Shown here: positions 61,266 to 64,000 of the stretch, piece after piece
Layout of the letters: each line of letters opens with the position of its first letter
Numbering within the stretch: position 1 is the first letter of the stretch
Assembly: GCF_963921235.1 (NCBI RefSeq)
Contig: NC_086097.1
Span: 198,774,001 to 198,838,000 of the forward strand
DNA length: 64,000 nucleotides
Direction: 5' to 3'
DNA from: Mobula hypostoma
Taxonomy: Eukaryota
The notes under the pieces: generated by a model
Database searches by the model: none
The model's input: the letters and a program-made list of their open reading frames with translations, nothing else
Told to the model about the DNA's origin: nothing
Translations under genes and position numbers: made by a program

Positions 61266-62689
61266 AAATCTGTTGACTATTATCTACTGATCTACATTAG
61301 GTAATTCACTACCCAACTGTTAATTAATAAAAGAACGATACTGTATTGTCCCTGCACAAATATGACATTACTATGTTGACACCAGACCAAGAAGTTAAAC
61401 ATGAATTATGCTCTTCCTTCTGTACCAATACTCAGTCAGACCACTTCTCCAATTTATATAGGGGATCTCCTGTTGTCCAGATGATTGATCCTTCTTCATC
61501 CAGTCCCTGGCATGGGAATCTTCCTTGTGATAGTTAATTTCTGGAGCTCTCAATGCTTTGCATTTGAAGCTTCTCATTCTTATAACCATTCTTATAAGTT
61601 CCAATGTTGTTTCGATCTCATTGGCTCTGTCCTATCAGGCTAACATGTGTCAGCTTCCCATTTGTTCTGGCCCAAGCCACCAATCATTTTTTTGCCCTTC
61701 GCTCAAGTGACAACTTAAAATGAATGTCTTTTTGTTCTGAATTGGAGAGACCAGCCAGTAACTAGGCTTAAGTTACTCATGTCAAGCACAGACTCCCCTA
61801 TTCATAAACCTGCATGTTGTATCTTACCAAAGAACACCTCACTAATAACTTAATTGCAAATTATTTCTAGTTCAGCAGATTATCAGGAGCAGTGTCCACT
61901 TTAAAACACTTTGATACAACTATTCCTGAGCAAAACCAATTCAAAAGACATCTCATAAAACTGAGGTTACAAAATGGAAGCCTCAATTCCTTCAACCACA
62001 TGGTAAGAACAAAGACGATTGGTCTGTCTACTTCCACTGTCTTTGACTCATTTGAGTTCAAAGTTTTCCACCGTAGTTCTTCATGGCCAGCATTTCCAAT
62101 CTTTAACCATTGTACCCTGATCTTTTTACCATTCTGCCACTCCCATTTACCCTATTTGTTCATATCCTGTCCTTCTCTCTGCTTGCCACCATTTTTCAAG
62201 CTGTTATTACTTGCAAATAAAATTGTGGAGATGATTTACCACCACTGCTTACACCCCTCCCCCCCAACCAACATCTGTCTTGTTTGACAACCAATTAATC
62301 AGAAGGGTTTCTGCGGTTACTGATAATCTTGAGGAACACAGAAAATGCTGGAAGAACTTCGTGAGTCAGTCAGCTGCTATGGAGGGGAATAAATAGCCGA
62401 TGATTCAGGCTGAGACCATCAGTCCTGATAAAGGGTCTCAGCCTGAAATGTCAAATATTCATTTTCCTCTAGTATTTGTGTGTTAAACACAATTAAATCA
62501 TTTACTTTTATCAGTTGTATTTGCAAACCCTTAGGTTCGGCCAGCATACATTTGTCTAGGAGAAGACAGCACAGCCTCTGGCCCCACCAAACTGAGAAAT
62601 CTTGTTTGTGTGGATGCTGCATGATGTGTTGCCCGGTTACAAATCCAAACCGCAAAATATTAGACAGTACACCATATGCGATTTAACAA

Positions 62690-64000
62690 TTGAACTTCTC
62701 TTCCTCAATCAACAGGGAATTAGCAAAAGGCAGCATATACCACACATCCAGGTCCTCATCCTCCGACTCAGTATCCCTGTCAGGGGTGGGGGCCGGCCTA
62801 ACCTCTCCTGCTGCGGGCCCTGTAGTCACCCCGCATTTCCGCAGAGTCCTCTTACTAGATGTAGACTTCAAGTCAGGCTCTGGGTCTACCTGCACCTCCT
62901 GTCCTGGGGCAGCAGGTGGTTCCGATGGAGAATCTTGACAGGCCTACTTCCATCCTCTAGTTTCACCTGGAAAACTGGTAGGTTTGGCATTTGACTCTCC
63001 ACCACATAGGGCTTAACCACCCAGCAATCTGCCAATTTATGTTTCCCAGGTAGCCCCAAACTCCTTATGAGGACCCGGTCTCCCAGCAGGAGTTGGGAGA
63101 ACCTCACCTTTTGATCATACCTCCTATTTCCTTGATTCTGCTTGACAGCCGCAACCTCAGCTAATTCATAAGCCCTTTTCAGCTCTCTTCTCATGTCAGA
63201 CACATACTTTCAGATAAGTCATCGGTGGTAAGTCACCCTCGTCAGTCTCAAAACAAAGGTCAATGGGCAACCTCGCCTCGCGCCCAAACCTCAGATAATA
63301 TGGTGAGTACCCAGTGGCTTCATTTCGAGTACAGTTGTAACTGTGAACCAGATGCCCAATATGTTGACTGCACCTACTCTTCTTGCTGATCTCCAAGGTC
63401 CTGAGCATGTCTAGCAAGGTCCAATTAAAGCTCTTGGGCTGGGGATCACCCTGCAGATGATAGGGCGTGGCCCTCGATTTCTCGACTCCAAGCATGCCCA
63501 GTAATTCATGGATGAGTCTGCTCTTGAAATCCCATCCTGATCACTATGTATCGGCCTGGAAAGCCCATAATAAATTAGATACTTCTCCCATAACACTTTT
63601 GCCATCATAGACGCCCTCTGGTCCTTGGTAGGAAAAGCCTGCGCATATCTGGTGTAGTGGTCCATCCTGACTAAGATATTTGCCGTGTTGCTGGAATTGG
63701 ACTCTATTGACAAGAAGTTCATACACATCAGGTCCAGGGACCCTGCACTTTGCAAGTGGGACAAGGAAGCTGCCCGCGTAGGCAGCATCTTCCGCTGTAT
63801 GCATCGAATTCATGACTTACGGTATTCTTTGACTTCGGACTTCATTCAGGGCCAGTAAAACTGGTCTCTGAGCAATCCATAGGTCTCTTCAACCCCCAAA
63901 TGTCCAGAATCATCATGAAGTAACTTCAACGCAATCCTCCGATACTTCTCTGGCAGAACCAGCTGGCGAGGTCGGTCCGGGGGTGGGGTGACGTGACCCG
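62690..64000 (-). mobile_element. Gypsy LTR retrotransposon integrase region (degraded, runs off the window)
   Basis: HDDSGHLG..FYWP, DHYTRYAQAFPT, IHSDQ, TPYHLQGDPQ, TGYSPYYLRFGREARLPID. Confidence 0.9.

Larger units (their letters stand above)
48230..62092 (-). mobile_element. Degraded endogenous retrovirus-like provirus (LTR-PBS-gag-pro-RT-RH-RH-IN-env-PPT-LTR), lokiretrovirus-like, with nested insertions
   Basis: 5' LTR 61271-62092, 3' LTR about 48230-48695, PPT 48696-48708, CFNCRHRDHFARDC knuckle, LWDTGG protease, LDTSNGF..QGFHNLPSIFH..QYVDD RT, two RNase H regions, integrase QSSGIVEWMNRTLK. Confidence 0.85.

Noticed and set aside
62420..62455. Fourth functional hammerhead
   Set aside because: Core mutated (CTGATAA) and stem I broken
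1..64000. CRISPR array or prokaryotic system
   Set aside because: No regularly spaced repeats or operons; the window is a spliced eukaryotic gene with vertebrate TEs

Overview
Eukaryotic vertebrate genomic DNA. The repeat families (esterase-ORF1 CR1, Penelope/Poseidon, Rex1, fish-type L1) suggest a cartilaginous fish such as a ray or shark; this is an inference. The only host gene is TATDN1 (TatD-family DNase) on the + strand. Eight internal coding exons between 198 and 47909 splice in frame at GT-AG sites; the first exons and the last exon lie outside the window. The introns are mostly nested transposable elements: many CR1 LINEs, Rex1/Babar, an L1 with an 18-bp TSD, Penelope-like ends carrying minimal hammerhead ribozyme motifs, two tRNA-derived SINEs, an RTE-derived element, hAT MITEs, a Sleeping-Beauty-like Tc1 end and Gypsy remnants. 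Main leads: (1) a degraded retrovirus-like provirus (about 48230-62092, minus strand) with a tRNA-Asn PBS, CCHC gag, YVDD RT, two RNase H domains, integrase and an env-like remnant, resembling lokiretroviruses; (2) an in-phase U_UUA_AAC slippery heptamer at the ORF1/ORF2 junction of all four CR1 copies that retain the junction, with ORF2 in the -1 frame in the three copies where phase can be read, suggesting programmed -1 frameshifting; (3) hammerhead motifs; (4) ORF1 swapping and mosaicism among neighbouring CR1 copies. All similarity calls were made by eye or from recall, without database searches.
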